A stretch of 64,000 bases of DNA from Ostrea edulis (Eukaryota): NCBI RefSeq assembly GCF_947568905.1, contig NC_079165.1:56730001-56794000 (forward strand), in the 5' to 3' direction. The translations under genes and the position numbers were made by a program. How positions within the stretch are numbered: the stretch's first letter is position 1; every line of letters begins with the position of its first letter. Shown piece by piece: positions 37,030 to 48,810 of the stretch. The notes below the pieces were generated by a model. That model was not told where the DNA came from. It did not search any database and saw only the letters and a program-made list of their open reading frames with translations.

Positions 37030-37880
37030 CTCTGTCCCACTTAGGCATTTACAGTTCCACTAAATGCACCTCTTACACAGAAGAGCTCTGATCTCAAAAC
37101 TGGCGTATTAAAGATCTCTTCAAATAATTATATATTGATATCTTCAATTCTGAATTATTGCACATATTAATTCAATTGCTGATAGCATTGATTATTCTAC
37201 AGAATTGATGAGCACTACAATTGAATTCTTGCTCTCTTTAAAATATATAATAATTGATAATAATAATTATAACAATAATACAGTTAATGCAAACATCAAA
37301 TTCGATTAATACTTGCAATAATTGAATTACGTATGCACATCAATTCAATAAATGCACGCAATAATATTGAATTATTGTTCTCTCCAATATTGAATCATTG
37401 ATATCATTAATTCAATTGATGCATACACTATAATTCTTATAGAGAGAGCATCTATATGATTAGAGGTATCAGTTCATTGACAACATATCTACAATTGAGT
37501 TAATGATCTTTTTAATTGAATTATTGCTCTCTAAAGGAATGATGTGCACATTAATTCCTTATACAAAAGCATTGTAGATAATTAAAGATATCTTCAATTG
37601 AATTAAGGAGATCGTCAAACCATTTATACGGAGCTCCAAATTAAATTTTGCGAGCAGTAATATCCACTACAGTGATGCGCACATCAGTTGAATTGATGAG
37701 AGCAATAACTTAATTGATGTGTGCATCAAATCAATATCAAATGCATTATTGTTCTCATTCAATTGAATTAAAGTGCACATCAAATGAATTATTGCTCTCA
37801 ATTCAATTTATGTGCACATTAATTCAATTATTGAGTGCAGTAATTGGATTTATGATGAATTCAAATGATTAAAGATATTC
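37030..37880. repeat. AATTG/CAATT-rich degenerate repeat, probably the arm of an old foldback element whose other arm lies at ~35940-36150
   Basis: Dense ttcaattgaatta-type motifs. atctcaaaactggc (37091-37104) is the inverse of gccggttttgagat (~36051-36064), and tgtcccact is the inverse of agtgggaca. Confidence 0.45.
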
Positions 37881-37949
37881 AAGTCTAACTTAAGTTTCAT
37901 CAACTTGACTGATCCAAGTCAAAACCATGTTATGTTCAAAAGAACTCAT

Positions 37950-38408
37950 TGTACTCATTTAGTAAAAGTTCAGTTCCTTCCATAGGGAAAAGTTAATCCT
38001 TGTACTCATTTAGTAAAAGTTCAGTTCCTTCCATAGGGAAAAGTTAATTCTTGTACTCATTTAGTAAACGTTCAGTTCCTTCCATAGGGAAAAGTTAATC
38101 CTTGTACTCATTTAGTAAAAGTTCAGTTCCTTCCATAGGGAAAAGTTAATCCTTGTACTCATTTAGTAAACATTCAGTTCCTTCTATAGGGAAAAGTTAA
38201 TCCTTGTACTCATTTAGTAAACGTTCAGTTCCTTCCATAGGGAAAAGTTAATCCTTGTACTCATTTAGTAAAAGTTCAGTTCCTTCCATGGGGAAAAGTT
38301 AATCCTTGTACTCATTTAGTAAAAGTTCAGTTCCTTCCATAGGGAAAAGTTAATCATTGTACTCATTTAGTAAAAGTTCAGTTCCTTCCATAGGGAAAAG
38401 TTAATCCT
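37950..38408. repeat. 51-bp tandem repeat, 9 copies
   Basis: tgtactcatttagtaaa(a/c)gttcagttccttccatagggaaaagttaatcct starts at 37950, 38001, 38052 and so on. Confidence 0.97.
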
Positions 38409-38949
38409 TTTTATGAATGGAGGCATTTGATGACTTTCAGAAGAATCTTTATCTCAAGTTCCAGTACAATTTTGAACTAGTGATAATTGTATCATTGTAC
38501 AATAGATTAAGCCTGTTAAGCAGTTGGAAGCTTGTCAGCTCTCTCTGTAACTTATTAACTTCATCATGTTCCCAAGATTTCCACCAAACTAAGCACATTA
38601 AGCAAGTGAAGTATAATGAATTGTCTTAAGTGACGATACTGATACATATAACTGGAAAATAGTGAAAATTGAAAGAAATTATTCAAAACTCCCTTCTCTG
38701 GCACCTTTATCACCAGAAGTGACAAAATGTTTCCCTAGATAGTGTAGTACAAAGTAGAAACCATGGTCACTAAGTATAGTAGAGTCAATAAAATAATGGG
38801 GAAACATATTGTAAAGATTTTGAGGAGGCAGGATTGGACTTTTTACATTTTAAATTCCATAAAAATTTTTTATTAACAACAACAGGCTATAATTTGTTGA
38901 AAGAGTATTGACTGTTGAAACCCCTGTTTATGTTTTTCCACTGATTTTA

Positions 38950-39350
38950 AATGCAGGAGCATGTTCTGTGTATGATCAGTTTTTAAATCGAGCTACTGAC
39001 AAATAAGTTGATATTACAACAGTTTTATTCAACATTTCCCAAATTCTATAGTCATTATAATGATGATTTTTTTTGCAAATACAACCTGTCATTGGGTTAA
39101 ATGTTGCCTGACATGTTTTGTACCATTAATAGGCTGTTCTTTACATACTGATTTTGACTACAGATTATTCCGTTTTCTTGATCAAGATAGAGGGCTTATG
39201 GAAGGTGTGACCGGTCAACAGGGGGTGCTCCTATGCACCTGATACCACCTCTTGCACATGTTTCCAGGTGTCCATGTTTCCCCATCTCTCAATTTTGTAT
39301 TCTTAATAGGATTTATTTTGAGATTGATACTTCTTCCTTATTTTCACTTT
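38950..39350 (+). mobile_element. 5'-truncated Penelope-like retroelement (end of the RT thumb region plus 3' end), pseudogenised
   Basis: Frameshifted translation AGACSVYDQFLNR/LLTNKLILQQF/FPKFYSHYND..FCKYNLSLG*MLPDMF resembles the ARACSxYxxFLxR..L..KL..QG...F.KFY..Y.DL motif of Penelope-like RT ORFs (recognised from memory), followed by the 3' tail also seen at 35577-35694. Confidence 0.7.
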
Positions 39351-42300
39351 TTCATTTACAGTGTGTCAAAAATGAAATGAAAGTTAATCTCTATGTAGTT
39401 CATTATAGGCTCAAAAGATGGAAGATGTTAATTGTTGATCTGTCCATCACATTTTTCTGCTCAGCCCAAAACTGACTTTGGTACCTTTGAATCACTTGCA
39501 TATGATATGTAGATCATATCTGATTAATGTGAATTAAGGCAGTTAATTCTGTCAAAAAGTGTAACAATTTGAGAAGGTCATATACTTAGAGGTTAGCCAT
39601 CATGTAAGAAATTTATTACTAAGCATTGTGTTTAACAAATACATACATTTAATGAGAGAATTATGGTTTAATACAATATGTAATTGTTAGCATTTTGTAA
39701 GATTACAGACAAGGGCAGGCACCCATATTATCAATACTCAATTGGTTATTGTTGATGCCAATCATTATACATGTAGCAGTCAAATTTCCATGTACGTCAT
39801 TCATAGATGTCATTCAAACCATATGAACATATTCCACTAATTTAAATATTGGACGCAAAAGATTTTTTCTGTGAGTGTTTATCAAGAGAATAAAGATATG
39901 GAAATAAACATTATAGCTACTTGACTCAGATCTGGAACTTGATAATTTGATCTAAATTTTGCAAATATTTAGATATGTTTTCTCTATAACTAATTTTTCT
40001 AGTATGATTGGATTTAGTTCAAGTTGGAAGTCAGCAGGGGTTTGTGTAAACAGTGAGCCAATATCAGCATTGATGCCCGACTCTCTGTAACCTGAGGAAT
40101 GTGTCAGATATATGTTGGGTCACCTTTTTGTGAATTTTTTGTTTATTCAGATCATCCTTCTCATAACCCTTTCAGATTATCCATATGATTGTTTGGGAAA
40201 TAATATCGGCTTAATATTCTCATTTTTGGTGAAGTTTTCTGAATAAACCAATTCAGAAGGGTATTAGCCTGTTCCTCATATTTGCATTAATTTTAATCAC
40301 ATCCTGTCTTAAAATAACTCTTTATTACTAGGATCAAGGATGGAATGAGGTTAAATCAAAGGAAAAACAGAGGTGGGGAAAAATGTAATTTATGTTCTAA
40401 GGACTGCAGAACTGTTAGGGGTCATAGAGAACTGTCTTAATGGAGGTCACATGGTCTGTGAATGACCCAAATGAAGCTCTTTCATGTGGAAGCATAAAAG
40501 ACTAGACTATTTCTGTTTACATTCTTCATTAGATAGTAGCCTGCTATGCATTAACTATCTTTAAACCAATTGAAAGCTAAACACTGATTTTTTTCTCTCA
40601 TTGCTCTTAAAATATCATTTTGTTGTAAATTGAAACTTGAATGATAATATTTTTTCTGAAATGAATTGCATTTTTATAATGTAAACTGGATAAAATGGAT
40701 TGTGGGGGATGATATATTGAGTGTTTGTAAATGTATTCACAATCTTGGGTAGGGGGGTACTTTTAATTTGATCAGTGGGGTTTATCTGGAGTTCAAACAG
40801 TTCATCTTTAAATTTTGAATTTAAAATTCAAATTTGGGTAATACACTCCATTTTAATATGGTAATTACATCATATCCTATTAATATGGAAATATCGATGC
40901 GTTCTCTGAAGTCCATATGGTTTGAGTATCAGATAGAGTTATGTATTTTTGTATAACTGATTTGTTCACCTTATTAAACCTCTCAACTTTAATGTTAGAT
41001 ATGAAATTTCAGTATCCATAATATCATAAGAATTAAAGAACATTGAAAAACATAATAGCTGTAAATGAACCAGTCTGATGATTAAATGTGCTTTCCTTAC
41101 ACAAATATTTATAATTCTTCAAGGTTTAAAAAGGATTGTTGCAAAAGTAACTAGAGAGCATTCACATAAATGCACATCCAGTATTTTCAGTAATTGTCAG
41201 CAACCCACATCATATCCAGTGCACTTCAAAATTTAATTGATATTATTTTTTCTTACCTTGCACGGGATATCTCCAGTTTTAAGAAATTATTTCAAGTAAT
41301 CTAGTGGTGGGTCCAGGATTTTTTTAAATTAGGGCCCGAGGCTGTTTGGTTTTTTTTAAGGCTACTTTTATGGATTGTTCTAGCTTTAGTTTATACATAA
41401 TAGTAGCAAATAAGTGATTTGATTATTTTTATTCACTTGTTTTGTATTTATAATGTTCATCTTATGTATCACCCTCCCCCTAAATCTACAACAGTAATCA
41501 AGGATGAATGTGCATCCTTCTGATGAAGGAAAAAAAATCTTTTTATATCATTATTTTGTAAAGATTGAGAAGTTTAGAGTGTTATTTTTAATATTATAGA
41601 TATATGTATCAGTAAAAGAGAACAGATGGGTTCAAAAGCAATGTATGTGTAGGATAAGATTTCCTGTCATTTCAAAGTCAGTGACCCTTTGACAATGTAA
41701 AGCACAAGGGGGTAAATTCAGATTGCTTCAGCAGAATGCAAAGGTTGATTCAATCAGGTCAAAGCCCTGGAAGTGTACCATTGGCAGTTGTTTGTTCCCT
41801 TTGATTTTGGTGTGCATAAGCACAAAATGCCCATGAAATTCAATATTTGCTTGACTGTTTATCTCACTTTCAATTATTGAATGATAATTATAGAGTGCGG
41901 GAATAAAGGCCTTAATCCGGAGAAAATTGCTATATGGGGTGTTTAAATTGGTAGTCTTTTCCCCTGTTTTTGTGTTCACAAGGTAAAAAAGATCTAACAG
42001 AGGAGTGGTGAATGTTGTGAACAGCGGACATGAATGAATATTACCACACCTTTCGATATTGCCCTGACTGCATTGTAATTGGATTAGAGGACTGCATTGT
42101 ATATTACCATACGCAGCTTCAACCATGGATCACTTTTTTTCTGACTACATTGATCAACATAGAAGTATATTCATTTGCATGGAATATTTCTGTAGAAATT
42201 GATAGTAGAGTAGAGCATGAGGAGAAAATTTAGTCTGAAGATTGACTTTGTCCACAGTCAGTTAGGCAGTGTTCCTAAATTGATTCTTGATAACATATTT

Positions 42301-42399
42301 TAACATTGTAGGAGTAATAAGAATAGTTATCAGTGTCACCTGTAATATTCATTGCATTATAGATAATATGAGGATTCCACATAGCCTGGCATCTCTTCA

Positions 42400-42990
42400 C
42401 AAATAACATAGCATATTATGTGGAAGCTTGAGATTCAATGTTGTCCAAATCATGGCCCCAAGGGTAGGATAAGGCTAAAATAGGGGATTCAAGTTTTACA
42501 TGGGAATATATAAAAAAATCTTTAAAATCATTCTTCTCAAGAACAGCAGGACTATGCATGGTTATAGTCATTGATATGCAAGCATCGTCAGGTATTACAG
42601 ATTCATGTTTATACAAATCATGGCCACCATGCAGGGGTATGGTGGGGCCAAAATGGGGGAACAAACTTTTACATGGGAATATACCAGGGTATTGGGGAAA
42701 AAAATTATAAAAATCTTTTTCTAGAGAACAACACTGGGCCAAGATGAGTCATATCAATATGCAAGCATCATCAGGAAGCGCAGATTCAACATGATATATT
42801 AATTTGTTCAATTTGTGGCCTCTGGGGTAGTGGGAGTTTTTATAAGATCTTCTTAATAAGAACAACAGGGCTATGGTTAGTCATATGAATATGCAAGTAC
42901 CCTCAGGTACTGCAGATTGCAAATTCAAGTCCCTTCAAAACATGACTATTAGTGGTGTGTGTCGTTGTCAGATTGGGACTTCAAAAGGGG
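42400..42990 (+). repeat. Degenerate Cg170-like repeats from a HINE-type element
   Basis: Several diverged copies of ggggatcaaagttttacat...aaaatctttaaaa..ttcttctcaagaac as in the 166-bp unit at 59623-60120. Confidence 0.6.
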
Positions 42991-43654
42991 ATCAAAGTTT
43001 TAAGTATTGTAAAGTGAGAAAATTTGATGCACCATTTTTATCGCCTTTAGCACAAGTGACCTTTTGCACTAATGCTATACTTTAATGGATTTCCTACATT
43101 TTGACTTTACTGCAGGCAGGGGCATTCATGTCGTGCTAACACATATAGTTTAATTTCTTCTTAATAACTACCTTTCCAATTCTTTTTAAAATTGGTATGA
43201 AGCATCTTTGGGACAAAGGAGACCTAAATTGTATAATTTAGGATTCCTGTACCCCTGGGGCCTTAGGGGGGGGGGGGGGAGGGGCAAAAACTGCCAAAAT
43301 TGGACAGTTTTCAAAAAAAAATCTTTACAGAAAAAGAATTACATCTTTGTACGAGAGACAAACAATACAAAGTTTCAAATTTGGCCAAAGCAGTAAATAC
43401 ATTTATTCACAATGTCTTTCATAGATATATATATATAGGCATAAAATCTTTGTGAAATCAGTTTCAAATGACATTTAGGCGTGCATGCAATGACTAGTGG
43501 TATCGTTTTCTTTTCAATTTCAAAGTGGGGGAATTGACTTGTCTAAAATTAAGTTAATATGATAATAAGTTTGAAACGTGTTTTTGCCCAAATGGTTATT
43601 TCGTTCCCTACGTTCTCATCTATCGTGGCCGGTGACAGTATCTTCCAATGAGGG

Positions 43655-43830
43655 TAGATCTAGGTACATATTGTCGCCAATGACAATATGTATAGTGATG
43701 CAAAATATATGCCCTGTCTGTCTGCCCTGTCTCAGCACATATTGTCATCAGTGACAATATATGTGTTGATGGACAACAATATCATATCATGAGAGTCTGT
43801 CACCAATGACAATATGTGCCGAACAACAAT
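43655..43830. repeat. Cluster of three TGTC-N-GACA palindromes (probable transposon subterminal repeats)
   Basis: TACATATTGTC-gccaat-GACAATATGTA (43665-43692), ATATTGTCA-tcag-TGACAATAT (43739-43760) and TGTCA-ccaa-TGACA (43798-43811). Confidence 0.6.
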
Positions 43831-45339
43831 ATGTACTATCACAATCCTCTCGGTCATTACAAACATTAATTAATTCTTTGCCATTTAGATAAAAATGATG
43901 ACAAGTTTAAATATCTCCATCCTATTAAGTTATGATTATCAGAATATATAGCAGGTACAGTGTATGTATAAGGAATTGCACACAAAGAATTCTACATTTT
44001 CTGTAACAAAGAGGCCGTCTGATGAAGCCTTGTCTTTTTTACACAAGTTGCTTTGATCTGTAGTGATGTTTTGATCTCGCACATACTGTCAAGGATCTGG
44101 GGCCATCTCAGAGGCCTACAGATGCTTAAAGGAAAAACCCTGCATTTCAGCAATTTCCCTGGAATCTTGCATAAACATCATTAATTTTCTTTTGTAAAGT
44201 TTACTTTTTAGGTTAACGTTTGAAGTAAAAAATTTAACAAAAATTGGGGGAGATAGGGAATAAGCATATTTGTGTCCCCCATTTGAAGTGGGAGAGGGTC
44301 ACAAAATTTTGATCACCCATTATTAACCCCTCGCAATTCATTGTGATGGGATAATAATTATAGTAACAGGACTGTTCATTGTGTGGGCGAGTGTCAGCTA
44401 GTGTGTGTAACTCTGCACTTGTAAACACTCTACTGGTCACATTATTTGCTTGATTGATTTGATACTTCACATGTAGTTTTGTTATCAAGAGAGTAAGAAC
44501 CCTATTGATTTTAGGGTCAAAAGGTCAAAATGGGACTTCAGAGAAAAAGCTTGTAGACACTCATTGCGAGGGGATATGCCCTGCATTGCAGAGGTCTTGT
44601 TTTTTGTGCTACCTTGCATTACCATGTCCGTATTGTTTTTGCATTCAGATAGGACAGTCAGAGACCATAATACATTGGTATATTGATTGTGACCAATGGA
44701 GATTCACCTATAGACACACCAATAATCAAATTATTATTTTCACTCGCAGTGCATTATAAAATCAAGAATCTTTTTTTTTTCTTCTTCAGAAGAAACTCTT
44801 ATCTCCCAAATGCTGTTGCAGGGTTTGATAGAAGTGTTGTTTTTCGCAAACTGTTTTGTACAAATTCTTCACATCTATGATATTTTAAGATGTTCAAATA
44901 ATATTTTTCTACATTCCTTAGATATAGCAGGAAGAGTTGCAAGATTACACAGGAAGGGTGTTATAAGATTGGAAGAGTTAGGAACACTGCATTGTGGGAA
45001 CATGTTCAGTATTCTTGATAGCACACCAGCATCAGATATGATATAAAACTCACTCAGAAATACAGCATATTACATGTACTTGCATTTGAAGTAAAGAATA
45101 CAAGAAAATACTTAAAATTCAAATGAGTTCAACAGTGAGTGCTGAATATTTAAAGTTTAGCCAGCAAATCAAAAAGAGATTTTATGTTTCTGATCATTTT
45201 AGCTTATGTCTTATACAGTAAATTTTACTATCTAAAGTCATATTAACCTGATTTTTAATGAAAACTCTGGGGTAATAAGATGAGTGACAATCCATAGTTC
45301 ATAAATATGCTCTAATGTTTTATAGCTAATATTAGCCAG

Positions 45340-45690
45340 ATAAGCTCAAACAAGCCTTTCTGATCAAGATATGACCGCTATCTGTTGCTGGCAGTGCCCA
45401 TGTCTTAAAGTTTTCACATTTTAACTTTTTCTTCATAAACCACTAGTCATTTCAAACCAAACTTGCCACAAATCTTTCGTGGGTGAAGGGTATTCATGTT
45501 TCTTCAAATGAAGGGCCTAATGCACCTTCCAAGGAAAGATGATGAAGAATAATGCAAAATAAGGTGCTGGTGTGTTTTTAAAAAATCTTCAGATTTTAAG
45601 GACCTTATGGCAGAAAAGTTAAAACTTCAAATTCATGAGCTGGTGTAGTGTAGATTCTAGGTTATTCAATCAGGACTACTAGGGCAAGTA
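45340..45690 (+). mobile_element. Degenerate HINE 5' fragment
   Basis: aagctcaaacaagcctttctgatc, aagttttcacattttaac, aaccaaacttgccacaaa and ccttccaagg motifs shared with 11040-11344 and 59381-59600. Confidence 0.55.
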
Positions 45691-45708
45691 GAACCTGTTA
45701 ACACCCAC

Positions 45709-46413
45709 AATGCCATGGCAAGAGCTTTGAATGTCCATGAAAGCACAATATCTCATCTTCACAAATGCCTTTGACTGGTACAAATACTGACTATACCCTC
45801 AAACTGGCCAATCAAAAGGTTTAACAATTTCTCATCAGGATTGTTTTATGAGATTGTAGCATTTGCACAACCCCAAAAAACTACAAATGAGACACTATAG
45901 GGACACACAATCCAAGATATTGCACTGAGGCATCTCCGCTCCTATGACATCAAACTGCATCATGTTGCAGTGGGAATTGTCCTCTATCATCATGGATGTG
46001 ATGGCAGACTCTGGTGGTTGTGACAACACCATCTTCTGCAAAGGTGGCATCATGCACTCTTCTGTGACAGTCAAGATTCACGCTTTACTGATCTCTTGTC
46101 AATAAAGCATGTATGGAACATGTAAAACACATTTGAATGCATCCAAATCTACCAGAGTCTCTACCCGCTTTGTATCAGGCACTTTTGGAAGATTGGTAGA
46201 ACACCCCTACAGCACGAATAAACCATGTAACAAACTCTATACATACACTAGACACCATCCTATGCAAAGGTGGCATCATGCACTCTTCTGTGACATCGCA
46301 GAATTTAAGCAGCAACAGAGGCATATTCATTCTTGAAATTGGAAAATTTCAATGAATTCCACCTCTTCAGCCTTTACATTTTTTGTCAATTAAGTTTATT
46401 TTGTGCATCAGTA
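45709..46413 (+). pseudogene. Decayed Tc1-family transposase with internal deletion
   Basis: Frameshifted translation: MARALNVHESTISHL (HTH), HQDCFMRL*HL, ALRHLRSYDIK..VAVGIVL..GRLWW..HLLQRWHHALFCDSQD (first catalytic Asp region, cf. WxxVLFSDESRF), TDLLSIKHVWNM (cf. PDLNPIEHVW), LPALYQALLEDW*NTPTARINHVTNS. Ends with a tttgtgcatcagta TIR-like end. Confidence 0.85.
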
Positions 46414-47282
46414 AATATACGACAGAAATATTTTTGAAAGTTGTGTTTTGATCTTCTCTACTTAATGGTCAGGTCAAGGTCATCCAAAACTTCAATGACT
46501 AAAAATTAAAACATCATTGTCATTTGTAAAGCAATGTTGTGTTAAAAAAACAGATTCAGTGATATATTTCTTTGTACTCACTACAAGTGTAATCCTTCTT
46601 GCTGACACAATTTTCTTGTTAAAATTAATTACCTGTTTAAGTTCTATATTTGTTTATGTATAAGTTGAGCATTTTTACCAGAATACACATGCACTGTCCA
46701 AAGTGAAAAATGGAGATATATCCTGGCAGAAGTTTTGGGCTTCAGGTGCCCACAAAATGAATGATGAAAGTGTTCTTTCCTCGGTACCATCTATCACCAT
46801 TGTGTAGGTATGCTGTTGCACAGCTTGGAAGACTTCGAAGCTTTTTTAATACATGTTTTTCATTTATGCAAGTTTGATTTCATTCAAGGTATCTTACTGA
46901 CATATTGAAACCAAATCATATTTCATCAATGAAACATCATTTAAAAATAGATTATCATTTTGAAGGACTTTATAATAAAAATATTTTGAAGGAAAGAATT
47001 TTAAAATGAAACTGTACTCTTCTGGTTGATTGTTTATAAAAGGTAATAATCCTCTGATTAGATATTGCTCATTCAAGTTTGCATTGATGCCAATGGGAAT
47101 AACTAAATTCATTGTATATCAAATTTTATAAGGATTAAACAGAAACATGCAAGGAATAAATACAAATTTATGAAAATTACAGGTCAATGAGTGCAATTGT
47201 TTTGTAAATGAGTTACTCATTGAGAAAGGTCAAGGTCGCATAAGTGTAATTAGTGGTTTCCATTCAAAATCACATGGAAGGC

Positions 47283-48810
47283 GGTAGGTGCCAGGGTAAT
47301 GAATTAAGTGTTAATTTAATTAGCGGCTACCACTTAAATTTATCTGGTGGTCACCACTTCATTCAACTGGTGGCTGCTACTTGTTATCAAGTAGACACCA
47401 CTTACTGTAGATTCCTAAATATACACCAGGAATTTATTATCACATGACTTTGCGAAAGGCATCACTCGCAAAATAAAATTATTTGCTTTTTCTGTTGTTA
47501 AAATACATATAACAACTCTTGATAAACAGGTCACACACGAATTCACGCTCATGTGATTTGACGTATACGAGTCATTTTACCATATTAAGTACTCGCATAA
47601 AATAAGGAATCTGCAGTATTTAACTGGTGCACATCACTTGATTTAGCTGGCGGCCACCACTTATTTCATATGGTGACTGCCACTTAATTCATATGGCAGC
47701 TGCCACTTATTTTCTGGCAGCAGCCACTTAATCTAATTGATGGCTGCCACTTAATTCATCTGTCAGTCGCCACTTAATTCATCTGGCAGTCGCCACTTAA
47801 TTCATCTGGCAGTCACCACTTAATTCATCTGGCAGTCCCCACTTATCTGGGGGCTGCCACTCACATCATGTGGTCACCACAAAATTTATCTGGCAGTTGC
47901 CAGTTATTCAACTGGCATCTCTTCCTCTTTTCTTTCACTCTTTTCCAAAATGAAAGGGGGTCCAATGATTTGCAATTACATGTGTGTTTCACAAAGAGGA
48001 TTATCATTTGTCAAACCGCCTGTCAATTTGCAAAGTTATATACATGTATATTAATGTTCATTATATCAAATGTGGTGAGATAGATTTGCGCACAAGGAAA
48101 TATTAATGTGTACTAAATATACCAGCGTATAGGTACGTAGAAGCAGGGGGCTGCCTGACCCCTTACACTTTTTTGACAATGTTGATTTTTCATTACTTTT
48201 GCATGCAAAGCATGGTATATTGGCTGATTGGCCCCCACCCCACTCTTTTGGTGGTAGTAATGAATGGTACAAACGTAACTTTGAATTATTAACAGATGAA
48301 TTGAAGTATGAATGGTGCCCCTCAATTTAGGAATTGGAAGTTTTGAGCAAAAGGGAATTTTTTTAGTTTTATTGTTGTCCTTGTAAAGAATTTAAGAAGA
48401 CCATTTCTCTACTGGCTGCCCTCGAAAAACAATGTTGCTTACTAATATAACCTCTTTGTAGAAAATGATAGCATAGCAGTACAAAGTAAATTATTTTATA
48501 GATTAGCAGTAGCTATAAAAATTAAGTGACAGCTGCTAATCATATAAATTAAGTGGCGACTACCAGTTAAATTAAGTCATGGCTGCCTCATAAATTAAGT
48601 GGGGACCGCCAGTTAATTAAGTGGCGCTGTCACCAGATGAATTAAGTGGTGGCTGCCAGATAAATTAAGTGGCGACTGACCACCAGTTAAATAAGTAGTG
48701 GTAGCCAAATAATAAGTAATAGCCACCCATTGAATTAAGTGGCAACTGTCGCATAGATTGAGTGATGCAGCCAGTTAAATTAATATTAATTCTCTACCCT
48801 GGCACCTACC
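47283..48810. mobile_element. ~1.5-kb foldback-type element: TIRs plus inverted arrays of a ~23-bp subrepeat
   Basis: GGTAGGTGCCAGGGTA (47283-47298) / TACCCTGGCACCTACC (48795-48810). gccacttaattcatctggcagtc tandem units at ~47640-47900 are mirrored by aattaagtggc units at ~48545-48760. Confidence 0.75.
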
